From the NCBI GenBank assembly GCA_041395025.1, contig JAWLBH010000001.1, positions 330,001 to 362,000 on the forward strand: 32,000 nt of DNA. Reading direction: 5' to 3'. The DNA comes from Chlamydiales bacterium (GTDB lineage Bacteria > Chlamydiota > Chlamydiia > Chlamydiales > JAAKFR01). The notes beneath the pieces are model-generated. The model was not told the origin of the DNA and did no database searches. It saw only the letters and a program-made list of their open reading frames with translations. The position numbers were made by a program, and so were the translations under genes. How positions within the stretch are numbered: the first letter of the stretch is position 1; every line of letters begins with the position of its first letter. Below, in pieces: positions 16,641 to 27,499 of this stretch.

Positions 16641-16714
16641 TGGGATATAGCTGACTCGAACAGCTGACCTCCACGATGTCAACGTGGCGCTCTAACCAAC
16701 TGAGCTAATACCCC
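16641..16714 (-). tRNA. tRNA-Val (anticodon GAC)
   Basis: Reverse complement reads GGGGTAT-TA-GCTC-AGTTGGTTA-GAGC-G-CCACG-TTGACAT-CGTGG-AGGTC-AGCTG-TTCGAGT-CAGCT-ATATCCC-A. The cloverleaf folds, with one G-T pair in the acceptor stem. Confidence 0.9.
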
Positions 16715-16772
16715 AAAGAGAATAAATACTAACAAATTTCTCTCTATTTCAAAAGCAGAAAGGCATATCCTA

Positions 16773-17318
16773 ATGTTTATGTCTAATCATTTAGAACTAG
16801 CCCATTCCTATTGGAGACAAACGCTTTCTTCTGGTGACAGAGTGATTGATGCAACGTGTGGAAATGGTTATGACACACTCTTTTTAGCTAAGCTTAATGT
16901 AGAGATAATCGCTTATGATATTCAAAAAAAAGCCATCGATCTAACTCGTGCAAAAGTACCCAAAGCTATTTTTCGTTTAAGATCTCACGTTTTTTTTGTA
17001 GAAGACACAGCTGCACTTATTGTATATAATCTTGGTTACCTCCCTGGTGGGGACAAACAGTTAACTACGCAATGCGATACTACTCTCGAAAGCGTAAGTC
17101 ATGCTCTTAAAATTGCCACAAAAGCTATCTCTATTACTTGCTACCCCGGGCATCCTGAGGGCGCTCGAGAAGAAATCGCTCTTATGGATTTTTTTAAATC
17201 TCTAGATCCTCGAAAATGGTCTGTTTGCTACCATCAATGGTTGAATCGCCATCGGGCTCCTTCTTTAATTTGGCTTTCTAGAAAAGTCATGTTCGATGAG
17301 CCACCTACTCACTTTTAA
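16773..17318 (+). CDS. class I SAM-dependent methyltransferase, YtqB/MnmM-like
   Basis: The SAM-binding motif VIDATCGNGYDTLFLA is typical of the YtqB family. 181 aa. Confidence 0.75.
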   Translation: MFMSNHLELAHSYWRQTLSSGDRVIDATCGNGYDTLFLAKLNVEIIAYDIQKKAIDLTRAKVPKAIFRLRSHVFFVEDTAALIVYNLGYLPGGDKQLTTQCDTTLESVSHALKIATKAISITCYPGHPEGAREEIALMDFFKSLDPRKWSVCYHQWLNRHRAPSLIWLSRKVMFDEPPTHF

Positions 17319-18366
17319 ACCAAGGAGATCTTTTATGAAGAAAAACAAGCGCATCCGCCATAATAAAAAATGTACCGCAGATAAGAATAAGTTCCTTATC
17401 ATCAGCTAAATCAAATGCCTCTTGAAAAGAGAGAGCTTTTTTTGGTTTATAGAGGCGAGAATGGTCTGATTGAATATAATGATAAGCAATCGTATGGTCT
17501 CGAATCACTGCTAGACAACCTTCAATATCTTTGTCAGCTGAAAAAGCAATAAGGGCACGTATTTTTTTGTCTGGGTAGGTATCAGTAATTCTTCTAAAAA
17601 CAGATTTCAAAGCAGCTGGGTTGTGTGCAACGTCTAAGATAACATTTCCTCTCTTTTCAAAGCGACAAGAGGGAACATTTGATAGATCATAAGAGTCAAT
17701 TTTTAAAAAATTTAATACTTCTTTTGCAATCGCCTGGTTTTCTTCTTCATAATGAACAAATTCACCCGTCACTTCAATAGCATTAGAATAGTATCTTGCT
17801 CGCGGTCCAACGATAAGAGGCACACCTTTTTTAATAATCCCCCCTTTTTCTTTAGCAATTTCCTCAAGAGTCTTTCCTAAATATTGAGTATGTTCAAGAT
17901 CAATCGATGTAATCACTGAAAGAATAGGACAAATAATATTGGTTGCATCAAGTCGCCCCCCCATGCCTACTTCTATCACTGCTATATCAACTTTTTCCTC
18001 AGCAAAATAGGCAAAGGCAAGAAGAGTAAGCAATTCAAAATAAGTAGGACGTTCTGGTAATTGACCTAAAATAAAACTTAAAAGCACTTCTCCTTTTTCT
18101 TCTGAGATTATTGATCCATCTATAGATATTCTTTCACGGTAAGTCTTAATATGTGGAGAAGTATAAAGGCCGATTTTGCCAGGAAGAGCGGAAGCAATTT
18201 TATGTGCTACAGATCCTTTGCCATTTGTTCCCGCAATATGGATTGACTGAAAAGCTTGGCTAGGAGATCCAATTGCCGCATCAAAAATGCGCATTCTTCC
18301 AAGATCAAAATTCATGGTTTTAATTTCTTTCGTCTCTTCAAGAATTTGAGATAAGATAGTGGGCAT
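17305..18366 (-). CDS. folC: folylpolyglutamate synthase / dihydrofolate synthase (Mur-ligase family)
   Basis: P-loop IHIAGTNGKGSV and Mur-ligase middle-domain pattern (IAVIEVGMGGRLDATN). The track start at 18378 is TTG. I prefer the ATG at 18366 (MPTILSQ...). Confidence 0.85.
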   Translation of the reverse strand: MPTILSQILEETKEIKTMNFDLGRMRIFDAAIGSPSQAFQSIHIAGTNGKGSVAHKIASALPGKIGLYTSPHIKTYRERISIDGSIISEEKGEVLLSFILGQLPERPTYFELLTLLAFAYFAEEKVDIAVIEVGMGGRLDATNIICPILSVITSIDLEHTQYLGKTLEEIAKEKGGIIKKGVPLIVGPRARYYSNAIEVTGEFVHYEEENQAIAKEVLNFLKIDSYDLSNVPSCRFEKRGNVILDVAHNPAALKSVFRRITDTYPDKKIRALIAFSADKDIEGCLAVIRDHTIAYHYIQSDHSRLYKPKKALSFQEAFDLADDKELILICGTFFIMADALVFLHKRSPWFKSE

Positions 18367-19162
18367 ATAGCTGGTCAAAAGTGTTTTTGTCTACCCATGA
18401 ACTTCCAAGAAAATGGAAAGGTTTAATCTTACCATGATAATCTGAACCGCCTGTATTAATCCATTTTTTTTCATTTCCAATCTCTATCCATGGCTTTTCT
18501 TGTGCAGGTTTAAAGCGGGCATAATAGGCTTCTATCCCATCAAACGGTAGCTCTAATAGATATTTGATGATTGATTGTTGTTTAATCAGATGAGGATGAG
18601 CAATCACTGCAAGCCCATAGGCTGCATGAATAGTTTCAATTGTCTCCATGATTGAAATAGGTTCACCTGGATCATAAGCTTCTTTTTTCTCTCCTAAATA
18701 ATGATCAAATGCCTCTTTTATTGAAGAAACAAACCCTTTTTGAACCATTATTTGAGCAATATGAGGTCGTCCAATTACTTTCGATTGTGTTTTAATCTCC
18801 TCTTCTTCGATCGACATTCCAAGTTTTTTAAGCTTTTTGAGAATATTTCGATTTCTATTTACACGACGATGTCGATGTTGATCGCATAGTTGATGTAATT
18901 TTTGAGAATGCAATGCAAAGGCATATCCTAAAACATGGACAGAAACACCTTGATAGGCAGCAGAAAACTCCACACCAGGTAAAAGTAGTAAACGATGTTT
19001 TCGTGCATAATCAATTGCTGCAGGATATGCAGCAATTGTATCATGATCAGTGATTGATAATCCTAAAAGTCCCGATTGAACTGCTTGATAGATGAGCTTT
19101 TCAGGGTCGTCTGTTCCATCAGAAAAAATCGAATGACAATGTAAATCAGCTTTGAATATCAT
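18338..19162 (-). CDS. PHP-domain metal-dependent phosphoesterase (TrpH/YciV-like)
   Basis: ADLHCHSIFSDGT, ITDHDT and GVEFS are PHP motifs. Start re-set to the ATG at 19162 (MIFKADLH...), leaving a 17-nt overlap with murB rather than a 128-nt one. Confidence 0.8.
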   Translation of the reverse strand: MIFKADLHCHSIFSDGTDDPEKLIYQAVQSGLLGLSITDHDTIAAYPAAIDYARKHRLLLLPGVEFSAAYQGVSVHVLGYAFALHSQKLHQLCDQHRHRRVNRNRNILKKLKKLGMSIEEEEIKTQSKVIGRPHIAQIMVQKGFVSSIKEAFDHYLGEKKEAYDPGEPISIMETIETIHAAYGLAVIAHPHLIKQQSIIKYLLELPFDGIEAYYARFKPAQEKPWIEIGNEKKWINTGGSDYHGKIKPFHFLGSSWVDKNTFDQLYAHYLISNS

Positions 19163-20027
19163 AAGGAATATAGCAAATCTCTTCTTCCAAAAGGATACCT
19201 TTCTCAGAATAGACTCTCTTTTTGATCTCCTTAATGAGTTCAAGCACATCAACAGCTGTAGCGTGATCGGCATTCAAAATAAAATTTCCATGTTTTTCAG
19301 ATACTACTGCTCCTCCTATGCTCATTCCTTTTAATCCAATCTGATCAATTAGGTAACCAGCGGATCCTCCTTCAGGGTTTCGAAAAGCACAGCCTGCTGA
19401 TCTTACCCTATAAGGCTGAGTCATGAGTCGGTAGTTTAAAATTTTACGTTTTTGATGTTTAGCTTCTTGAGAGGAAATTAAATCAAAAACAGTTTCTACA
19501 ATTGCCCCTTTACACTTTTGAAAAGAAGAAAAGCGGTAACTAAATTGTAAATCTTTTTTTTGAAAGAAAACTAATTCCCCTACTTCTGTAACATATCCAA
19601 CTTGTTTAAGTAGATCAGCTGTTTCTTGTCCATTTGCACCTGCATTCATATATACTGCCCCCCCAACAGTCCCAGGAATACCCATTGCAAATTCCAGACC
19701 GCCCCATCCTTTCTTAGCCATTTTCATTCCTAGACGAGCAAAACTATATCCACTACCAACAGATACCTTGTTCTTTTGTTGCTCTAAAAAACAGATTCGA
19801 TTGAGAATAACAAGACCATTAAATCCACGGTCATCAAATAAAGAATTTGATCCCTTCCCAAGAATATGAACACCAAGACCTATTTGGTAAGCATAATTAA
19901 CCATTTTGCGCATTTCTTCAATACTTGTTGCTTCAGCAAAATAACGTGCTGGTCCTCCGATACCAAGAGTAGAGAATTTACTCAAAGGTTTGTCAGTTTG
20001 GTGTGGAAAAGGAAGCGTCTTGATCAT
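19146..20027 (-). CDS. murB: UDP-N-acetylenolpyruvoylglucosamine reductase
   Basis: FAD-binding N-terminus LSKFSTLGIGGPARYF, GKGSNSLF, and a C-terminal MurB domain (SAGCAFRNP, HGNFILN). The track start at 20036 is GTG. An ATG lies at 20027. Confidence 0.9.
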   Translation of the reverse strand: MIKTLPFPHQTDKPLSKFSTLGIGGPARYFAEATSIEEMRKMVNYAYQIGLGVHILGKGSNSLFDDRGFNGLVILNRICFLEQQKNKVSVGSGYSFARLGMKMAKKGWGGLEFAMGIPGTVGGAVYMNAGANGQETADLLKQVGYVTEVGELVFFQKKDLQFSYRFSSFQKCKGAIVETVFDLISSQEAKHQKRKILNYRLMTQPYRVRSAGCAFRNPEGGSAGYLIDQIGLKGMSIGGAVVSEKHGNFILNADHATAVDVLELIKEIKKRVYSEKGILLEEEICYIPYDIQS

Positions 20028-20427
20028 ATTTCGCACTCGCTTCGTCTAGCAAAGCATTAACATAAGCAGCGGACTCTTTTGTGCTAAATTTTTGAGTTAA
20101 TCGCAAGGCTTCTGAAATAATTTTTTTATGAGAAGTAGTTTTAGATTTCATAAAATAAAGAGCATAACGAATGATGTTTTTTTCCACTCGTCCTATTCTT
20201 TTAATTTGATAATCTCTCGAGATGTTTGAGATTATCTGATCAAGCTCCCCATGTGCTTCATGAATAGATTTGGCATGACTGTAAGCACTAAGTACAGTCT
20301 TACGAGTGACGAGTAATTCATGCATCATAAGAGAAACAATATCATTTTCTACACATTCTCCCATATCAAAGGAGAAGAGCAACTGAAAGACAATCTCATT
20401 AAATTTATGGATGCGAAGAGAAACCAT
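19993..20427 (-). CDS. nusB: transcription antitermination factor NusB
   Basis: 144 aa, all-helical. FQLLFSFD near the N-terminus and AYVNALLD near the C-terminus match conserved NusB blocks. Confidence 0.8.
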   Translation of the reverse strand: MVSLRIHKFNEIVFQLLFSFDMGECVENDIVSLMMHELLVTRKTVLSAYSHAKSIHEAHGELDQIISNISRDYQIKRIGRVEKNIIRYALYFMKSKTTSHKKIISEALRLTQKFSTKESAAYVNALLDEASAKYDQDASFSTPN

Positions 20428-20462
20428 GAAAAAATTGTAACGATTTTTATACTAAAAATCAA

Positions 20463-20867
20463 CTAAGGAGTAGATAGGTACTCTTTATCCTCTTGGAGAA
20501 CTAAGTCGAATCCATCGGCAATTTCAGAGTCGGGACATTGCAGATATACACGTCGAAGACGATCCTCCTCATCAAAATAGAGAGTAATTACAAGCCAGCT
20601 ATTGTTAAAATAATATGAAAATAGAGAAGAGGATCTAAAATTTTCTTTCTTCAAGGCCAATGTAAATGTCTCTTCCGCTGCTTTACGAAGCATGTATTTA
20701 TGAAGCTTTGTTGGATGATGATGGGGAGAGGAGAGAAGTTTTAAGAAATCTTCAAAACTTAGATGATTAGGCAAATGCATACCGAGATCATGTGCAATGT
20801 CCTCAGGTAAGGAAACAGGATAACGAAATCGACTAATCAAACGCATTAAGCTCTCTATTAGCTGCAT
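20463..20867 (-). CDS. hypothetical protein (134 aa from ATG)
   Basis: Clean ORF with no recognisable motif. The track start at 20894 is GTG. First ATG is at 20867 (MQLIESL...). Confidence 0.55.
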   Translation of the reverse strand: MQLIESLMRLISRFRYPVSLPEDIAHDLGMHLPNHLSFEDFLKLLSSPHHHPTKLHKYMLRKAAEETFTLALKKENFRSSSLFSYYFNNSWLVITLYFDEEDRLRRVYLQCPDSEIADGFDLVLQEDKEYLSTP

Positions 20868-21015
20868 AAGATAACCTTCTTTCTTAATACGCACTTAAAT
20901 AAGAAAAATGGTAATTGATACTAGTCATTTTTGTAAAATCTTTGTTTCTTGCAAAAATGTCTAAAATCATTAGAAAATCTTTGTTTTTTTAAATCTCGCA
21001 AAATATAAGAAAGTT

Positions 21016-21603
21016 ATGCTTTTGATTTTTTTGGATATTGAAACGACAGGGCTAGACCCGGATAAACACCGAATCTTAGAAATTGCTTATAGGATCGTTG
21101 AATCGACTACCAATCATTCGATCGTAAGCTATCTATCAACGATTCAACAACCACTAGAAGTATGGAAACAAGCCGACCCTAAAAGCTTGCAAATAAATGG
21201 TTTTACTTGGGAAGATTCTCTCAAAGGAAAATCAGAAAAAGTAGTAGGAAGTGAAATTTTAAACGACCTAAATCGAGTCAAACTTGGAGAGAGTGAGGGT
21301 GTCTTTATCTGCCAAAATCCTTCTTTTGATAGAGCATTCTTCATCCAGTTAATTAATACAGATCTCCAATATCACTACAAATGGCCTTATCACTGGCTTG
21401 ATCTTGCTTCTATGTATTGGGCAATTCAATTAAAAAACAATCCAGAATTTCCCAATCAAATTAAAGAAATTGATTTATCTAAAAATAAAATTGCAGGATA
21501 TTATGGAATCCCTGAAGAAGATTCCCCTCACCGAGCGATGAATGGTGTTGATCATCTTATCGCCTGCTATCAAGCAATTTTTAATAAAAACCTTGGATGC
21601 TGA
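21016..21603 (+). CDS. DEDDh-type 3'-5' exonuclease (DnaQ/oligoribonuclease-like)
   Basis: ExoI FLDIETTGLD, ExoII NPSFDRAFF, ExoIII HRAMNGVDH. Confidence 0.8.
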   Translation: MLLIFLDIETTGLDPDKHRILEIAYRIVESTTNHSIVSYLSTIQQPLEVWKQADPKSLQINGFTWEDSLKGKSEKVVGSEILNDLNRVKLGESEGVFICQNPSFDRAFFIQLINTDLQYHYKWPYHWLDLASMYWAIQLKNNPEFPNQIKEIDLSKNKIAGYYGIPEEDSPHRAMNGVDHLIACYQAIFNKNLGC

Positions 21604-21646
21604 TATTGACCATGGTTCATGAAAATGTCATCTTTTCAATGATGTT

Positions 21647-22438
21647 TTATTCTAATGCATGAAATAGGGATAAGAATTCTTTAAGACTTAGCTCTTCAGG
21701 ACGTGCTTTTGGATTAATCTTTGCCTCTTTTAATCCTTTTATGACCTTTTCTTCGTCATAAAGAAGTCTCAATGTGTTTTTGATCATTTTACGTCTTTGA
21801 CTAAAAACCGTACGCACAAGTCGAAAAAAAAATTCCTGATTGACATTAGGAGGATCTTTTAAAATAAGAGTGACAACAGCTGAGTCTACTTTAGGAATAG
21901 GATAAAAAGAGCTACGTTTCACGCGAAAAGCATAACGAAGGTCACTATAGAAATTAAGAAAAACTGTTAATGAACCATAGTCTTTTGTACCTGGAGATGC
22001 AGTTAAACGACGAGCTACCTCTTCTTGGACCATGATAGTGAGGGACGTAAAACAATCTTTTCTAGGGACAAGGCGAGTTAAAATAGGTTTAGTGATATGA
22101 TAAGGCAGATTTCCGATGACCTTACCTTTTCTTTTTAATCTACTTAGAGGAAATACAAGAATATCTTCGTAATAAACCGTAATAGGGAATTGTTCTAACA
22201 CTGGAGCAAACAAAGAGTCAATCTCCACCCCTACTACATCCGCCTTTTGATTGACAAGTGCTTTTGTTAGAATTCCAAGACCCGATCCAATTTCCAAAAC
22301 ATAATCTCCCTGGACAATGAGAGCTTCTGAAAGAATTTTTTGAACGATGTTTTTATCTATTAAAAAATTTTGCGAAAGTCTTTTTTTGGGATGTGCTTTT
22401 AAAAGCTTAAAAAAAGCTTTTAATTCAAATAAATTCAT
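21647..22438 (-). CDS. rsmA: 16S rRNA (adenine1518/1519-N6)-dimethyltransferase
   Basis: RLSQNFLIDKNIV, VLEIGSGLGILT, GNLPYHITKPIL. ATGA overlap with the upstream gene. Confidence 0.9.
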   Translation of the reverse strand: MNLFELKAFFKLLKAHPKKRLSQNFLIDKNIVQKILSEALIVQGDYVLEIGSGLGILTKALVNQKADVVGVEIDSLFAPVLEQFPITVYYEDILVFPLSRLKRKGKVIGNLPYHITKPILTRLVPRKDCFTSLTIMVQEEVARRLTASPGTKDYGSLTVFLNFYSDLRYAFRVKRSSFYPIPKVDSAVVTLILKDPPNVNQEFFFRLVRTVFSQRRKMIKNTLRLLYDEEKVIKGLKEAKINPKARPEELSLKEFLSLFHALE

Positions 22439-23451
22439 TTGAGCGCAAAAGGAAAAAAATTCTCTGGAATTGTCTCTTTAATGTAGCGCTCTGTGATGCC
22501 GTACTGTTTGCGCAACTTAAGACGATACTCTTCTTCGTATTTTGCTGATAATTCCCTAATCAGTTCTCCTTTAATCTTATCCGCAACTGCATTGAATAGG
22601 ACTGGATTTCCTTTTTCATACTCCTTTAGACAGAAAATACGACTGACTCCATCCTTATTTTGTGGAAAACTATAGGCTCCAATAGCAAGAGTTTGCAGAA
22701 TCGATTTATGAGAGTTAGAGATCGACTTTTCTTCTACTTCATAGTCATTTGAAAGGGTGATTTGGCAAGGAGAATCTACAAGATTGGCTATTGCTTCATG
22801 AAAAGTCATTTTCTGCTTATCAAGCAGATTCCAAACTTCCTCAGCAACTTGCTTATGACCCTCTCCACGAATTGAGAGAGTTTGATAAATCCACTTGTCT
22901 TGGGGAGGATTATCTTTCAGCATCTGATCATAGCGCGCACGTATCTCTTGAGGATGCGCTTGAGCAAAAGCTCTTGAACGAACCATCATCATATTCATTC
23001 TTTGGACAGTTAACTCTCTTTTTAGCATATCTATCCCTTCATTTAAAGTGAGGCCAATTTTATCAAGATTAAAGACGACATCTGGTCCAAAAAGATTCTC
23101 TAACTCTTCTCGTACTTCTCCTTCAGAAATTTCAACTTTTTTTTCCTCAGCATCAGCAAAGATAAGATAATCATCAATCACAGCTTCCAAGACTTTTTCC
23201 CAGCTATTAACATAGAATTGATAACAAATATTCGGTGAGGCAGCTATCTCCGGAAATTGGCGATAAAAGATAAGATCCATTTTACGTACAACATCCATCA
23301 CTGTAATTGGCTGACCATGAATTTTTACAAGAACACGATTATTAATAACTAGATTTTGCTCTTTATTAAATAAATTAGCGGATCCTAGATTTGGTATAGC
23401 TTCTATTGGTAGAGCAGATACAAAATAAAAAAATAACATCAATTTCTTCAT
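22435..23451 (-). CDS. secreted SurA-N-terminal-domain-like periplasmic chaperone candidate
   Basis: Signal peptide MKKLMLFFYFVSALPIEA. VLVKIHGQPITVMDVVRKMD resembles the SurA/PpiD N-domain start. No parvulin motif seen. Confidence 0.5.
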   Translation of the reverse strand: MKKLMLFFYFVSALPIEAIPNLGSANLFNKEQNLVINNRVLVKIHGQPITVMDVVRKMDLIFYRQFPEIAASPNICYQFYVNSWEKVLEAVIDDYLIFADAEEKKVEISEGEVREELENLFGPDVVFNLDKIGLTLNEGIDMLKRELTVQRMNMMMVRSRAFAQAHPQEIRARYDQMLKDNPPQDKWIYQTLSIRGEGHKQVAEEVWNLLDKQKMTFHEAIANLVDSPCQITLSNDYEVEEKSISNSHKSILQTLAIGAYSFPQNKDGVSRIFCLKEYEKGNPVLFNAVADKIKGELIRELSAKYEEEYRLKLRKQYGITERYIKETIPENFFPFALK

Positions 23452-23625
23452 AATTTCACCAATTTAGTGAGCCAATACTATCATTTATGATATTTATTGT
23501 CCTTCAATTGATTGATCAGATTATAATGGATTAAACTTCAAATGATCAGTGGATTGGAAAAAGATCTTTATTTTTTATAACAAAAAATTCTGAATTAGAT
23601 TGATATCTCATCTTGCTGGATTCAC

Positions 23626-25695
23626 CTACAATTGCTCAAAGGCTTTCCACATTTTCGAAACCATAGTTATAGGTTCTTTACAGTGATCGGGATAACAGAT
23701 ATAAAGCGTAGTCTGATTATTTAGAGGGGGTTTATTCCGAACAATCGGAACAAGTTCCCGAAGTGCTTCATCTACTTCACGATGCCATATTATCGCTTTG
23801 TGGGGAATAAAGCGTCCAGCTAGCATTTTTAAGATCTCTTCACGATAAGTCTCTTGCCTATTAAGGGAGATGATAAGTGTTGGGGTATGCTTATCAAAAT
23901 AATGTTCCAAGGCCATTAGATGATAACATGCTCCTGGTGGGTAAAGATCAATATGGGTTTTTGCAGCTCGCAAAATATCTTCTGCGTCTTTTAAATAAGC
24001 TCCACAACCTGTAAGCTGATAAAAGCGAATGAGATTTTCAGCCTGAACAGCATTCCCAGAAGGTTCAGCACCATCATAAAACTCACAACGACGCAAGATT
24101 AAATTAGGATCACGCCCATTAGTAAGGTAAAAAGCCCCTTGTTCAGCTTTGAATTCGGATTTGAGTACTCCATTTAATTTAAGTGCAAAATCCAGCCATT
24201 TACTTCCACGATCAGCTTCAAAAAGACTAATAAGACCATGAATTAGAAATGCATAATCATCTAAACACCCATCAAAACGCGCTTCCCCTTCTCTCCAACG
24301 ACGAAACAAGATTCCTTCTTTCCATAAATTCTCTTGAATAAAAAGAGCCGCTTTTTCAGCGATATCCAAGTAATCAGATTTATTTAAACTCGACCCAGCA
24401 ACAGCAAAAGTGTAGATCATTAAACCATTCCAGGCAGTCAAAATCTTATCATCTTTTGAGGGAGGCTGACGTCTTTGGCGTACTTCAAAAAGTTTTCGTC
24501 GCATCTCTTTGAGCATCTCTTTTAAAACTGTAGGCTCAAGTTGATACTGGTCAGCATATTCTTTCAGACTTGCTTGCATATGAAGAATATTACGATTGTG
24601 AAAATTGCCAGTTCGAGTCACCCCATAGATATCACAAAATAATGGTGCATCAGACCCCAAAATCGACTGGATTTCATCCCATTTCCAAGTATAAAACCAC
24701 CCTTCATAGCCTTCAGAATCAGCATCCTGAGCAGAATAGAACCCTCCATCTTTTCGAGTCATTTCACGAATCACATAACTTAAAACTTCTTCTACAATTT
24801 CACGATAAAAATGGTGATGTGTAAATTCCCATGCCTCTAAATACGTGCGTGCTAAAATCGCATTATCGTATAGCATTTTTTCAAAATGCGGGACTAACCA
24901 TTGATCATCAACTGCATAACGAGCAATCCCTCCTCCAAGATGGTCATAGATGCCCCCACGATACATCATTTCTAGTGTACGTTCAAAATAAAAAAGGGCT
25001 CTACTGTTAGAGTCTGCTTTTGCTAAACGCAATAAGAAACAAGCCTGAATTCCCATGGGAAATTTAGGAACTCCTTTTGTTCCTCCATAAACTGGATCTG
25101 CAGTTTGAAATAAAATTTCAGCTGCTTCCTTAATCTGAGATGCTTCAGGTAAAGAATCCCCTTCTAAACACATATGGGTAGCAAAAAGATCAATAATTTG
25201 ACCAGCTTGTGTAATCACATGTTCTTTTTCTTCAGGATCTTGCCAAATCTGACGAATACGCAAAACAAGCTGTTTCATGCCAAGAAATCCATTATTTCCA
25301 TCTATAGGCAGGTAACTGGTAGCAAAAAAAGGCATTAAATTGGACGTCAATATAACATTAAGAGGCCATCCTGCTGTACCTGACATGATTGCTTGAGCAA
25401 ACTCCATATAAAGACTGTCAACTTCAGGTTTTTCTTCACGATCAATTTTAATATTGATGAAGGTTTCATTCATTAGTTGAGCAATCTCAGGACTCTGGAA
25501 AGACTCTTTTTCCATGACATGGCACCAATGACAGGTAGCGTAACCAATCGAAAGAAAGACAGGCTTATCTTCTGCTTCTGCTATATGAAAAGCCTCTTCA
25601 CTCCAAGGATACCAATCCACAGGATTATGAGCATGTTGAAGCAAATAAGGAGATTTTTCGTTAATTAGACGATTCGTATAAAGAGGGTGTGACAT
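23626..25695 (-). CDS. thioredoxin-domain protein of the YyaL/DUF255 (SPATA20-like) family
   Basis: [29 protein letters not shown] and [16 protein letters not shown] form the family signature. They are followed by a long (alpha/alpha)6-like region. Confidence 0.9.
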   Translation of the reverse strand: MSHPLYTNRLINEKSPYLLQHAHNPVDWYPWSEEAFHIAEAEDKPVFLSIGYATCHWCHVMEKESFQSPEIAQLMNETFINIKIDREEKPEVDSLYMEFAQAIMSGTAGWPLNVILTSNLMPFFATSYLPIDGNNGFLGMKQLVLRIRQIWQDPEEKEHVITQAGQIIDLFATHMCLEGDSLPEASQIKEAAEILFQTADPVYGGTKGVPKFPMGIQACFLLRLAKADSNSRALFYFERTLEMMYRGGIYDHLGGGIARYAVDDQWLVPHFEKMLYDNAILARTYLEAWEFTHHHFYREIVEEVLSYVIREMTRKDGGFYSAQDADSEGYEGWFYTWKWDEIQSILGSDAPLFCDIYGVTRTGNFHNRNILHMQASLKEYADQYQLEPTVLKEMLKEMRRKLFEVRQRRQPPSKDDKILTAWNGLMIYTFAVAGSSLNKSDYLDIAEKAALFIQENLWKEGILFRRWREGEARFDGCLDDYAFLIHGLISLFEADRGSKWLDFALKLNGVLKSEFKAEQGAFYLTNGRDPNLILRRCEFYDGAEPSGNAVQAENLIRFYQLTGCGAYLKDAEDILRAAKTHIDLYPPGACYHLMALEHYFDKHTPTLIISLNRQETYREEILKMLAGRFIPHKAIIWHREVDEALRELVPIVRNKPPLNNQTTLYICYPDHCKEPITMVSKMWKAFEQL

Positions 25696-25952
25696 AAAAT
25701 ATAAATATATAATTATATTTTTATATTATCATAAATAAATAATTATATTAAACATTTTGAATCAAACGTATTTTTTCATTCTCATTTCCAATAAGATAAA
25801 ATAATTAAAAATTAATGACCTCTTTCTAAAAAACATAAAGCAACTTATTCACAGCATAAATGCAACCCTATTCTTCATCTTCCTCATTTGATTCAATGAA
25901 TTTAAAATATGACTAAAATATCGATATTCTAAAAATCTTCTTAGAAGAGTGA

Positions 25953-26366
25953 TCAAAAGAAACCAAAATAACGTACAAGAAACCAAAAAATTAAAATGCC
26001 AACTACAGATAAACTCACCCAAATAAAATTAGGAAGCCATTTAACTTCTCCTCCTGGAGACCCTCTTACTTCTAAAGCGCTGATTCCAACCGTAAAATCA
26101 TAAGCCCTTTTATCCGTTAAAATTTTTTTTACATAGGGATGCTCACCAATGAGCTTTTCCGGATCCATTTCCAAAAACAATGCATACTTACTGATAAATC
26201 CATGAGCATAAATTGGTGATATTAATTTTCCAAAATCTCCCTCTTCAATTGCCTGTAGATAACTGATTCTTATCGAGGTTGCATTTTCAATTTCTTTTAA
26301 TAACAATTTTTTTTCTTCTCGACGTCCTCTAAAAATTTCCCCTAAACGAACCATTTCACTATGCAT
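25953..26366 (-). CDS. rodZ: RodZ-like cytoskeleton protein (XRE HTH plus C-terminal TM anchor)
   Basis: LGEIFRGRREEKKLLLKEIENATSIRISYLQAIEEGDFGKL is the HTH. C-terminal TM is IWVSLSVVGILIFWFLV. Start re-set to the ATG at 26366, which follows GGAGGA by 7 nt. Confidence 0.75.
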   Translation of the reverse strand: MHSEMVRLGEIFRGRREEKKLLLKEIENATSIRISYLQAIEEGDFGKLISPIYAHGFISKYALFLEMDPEKLIGEHPYVKKILTDKRAYDFTVGISALEVRGSPGGEVKWLPNFIWVSLSVVGILIFWFLVRYFGFF

Positions 26367-26617
26367 ACATGTGTCCTCCACGAAAAATGCATTATTCATA
26401 AACCCACTTAATCTTGTAAACTGACTTTTAGATTTTCTTCTTCTATATAGAAGAAAATCCATGTCTTAGTTTGAAAACATTCAAAATGATAAGGAAAATG
26501 AAAATATTAAATCGTATGCAATCGATAAAATTTTTAATGTTTTGTTTATCAAAGAAATAGAATGAAAAAATTAAGTTCGTATTGTTTCTTTTTAGCCCTC
26601 ATGATAAGGATAGCTTC

Positions 26618-27496
26618 ATGATCCATGTCCTAAAGCTCGATCTAGAACTTACTGAAAAATTGCGCTTTGGACTCAAAACGCAAGGATTTGAACTTTCTGC
26701 TCCTCCTTACACGATTTTTCAAGGAAAAAAAAAAGGAATCTGTTGCACTCTTTACACATCTGGAAAATTAGTTATTCAAGGTAAGGAAATTAAAGAATTT
26801 ATAGAATTCTATCTTGAGCCTGAAATTCTTGGAACTTTCTCGTTTCACTATAATGAATTAGATGAAGTCGTGCCCCATATTGGTGTTGACGAGTCGGGTA
26901 AGGGAGATTTCTTTGGTCCTCTTTGTGTTGCAGGAGTTTTTGCAAATAATAAAGGGATTTCAGACCTAAAAGAAATAGGAGTCAAAGATTCAAAATGTCT
27001 AAAAGAGCATCAGATTCTTAAAGTTGCGCAACAAATCCGTAAAAATTATCCCTTTCACCTTGTTCGAATTGATCCAAAACGATACAACGAATTATACGAA
27101 AAATTTGGAAATCTTAACCTACTCCTTGGTTGGGCGCATGCAACAGTCATTGAGAAAATGGTTGAAAAAACCCATTGTTTTTCCGTTGTAATAGATCAGT
27201 TTGCTTCAAAAGACGTAGTAGAAACTGCTGTACATAAGAAGAGGAAAAATATTCAGTTAACTCAAAAAACTCAGGCAGAAAGCGATCTTGTCGTGGCTGC
27301 TGCCTCAATTGTAGCTCGAGCTGCCTTTGTAGAAGGGTTAGGAAATCTAGAAAAACAAGTAAATCAGAAATTGCCTAAAGGAGCTAGTCATTTAACTATC
27401 GAATCTGGTAAACGACTAGTTATAGATCAAGGAAAACACATTCTATCCTCTGTTGCTAAACTACATTTCAAGACAACTAAATTGATTATGGAATAA
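26618..27496 (+). CDS. rnhC: ribonuclease HIII
   Basis: The N-terminal TBP-like domain followed by GVDESGKGDFFGPL and the DSK motif is typical of RNase HIII. The track start is TTG at 26582. An ATG at 26618 follows AAGGA. Confidence 0.9.
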   Translation: MIHVLKLDLELTEKLRFGLKTQGFELSAPPYTIFQGKKKGICCTLYTSGKLVIQGKEIKEFIEFYLEPEILGTFSFHYNELDEVVPHIGVDESGKGDFFGPLCVAGVFANNKGISDLKEIGVKDSKCLKEHQILKVAQQIRKNYPFHLVRIDPKRYNELYEKFGNLNLLLGWAHATVIEKMVEKTHCFSVVIDQFASKDVVETAVHKKRKNIQLTQKTQAESDLVVAAASIVARAAFVEGLGNLEKQVNQKLPKGASHLTIESGKRLVIDQGKHILSSVAKLHFKTTKLIME

Positions 27497-27499
27497 ACA

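Noticed and set aside
26725-26734. A10 homopolymer in rnhC, and a T10 run at 29405-29414 in the YfcH-like gene, considered as phase-variation switches
   Set aside because: Both frames are intact, and the runs encode ordinary Lys stretches (GKKKG, QKKKL). Such runs are expected in a genome this AT-rich. There is no evidence of on/off switching from a single sequence.
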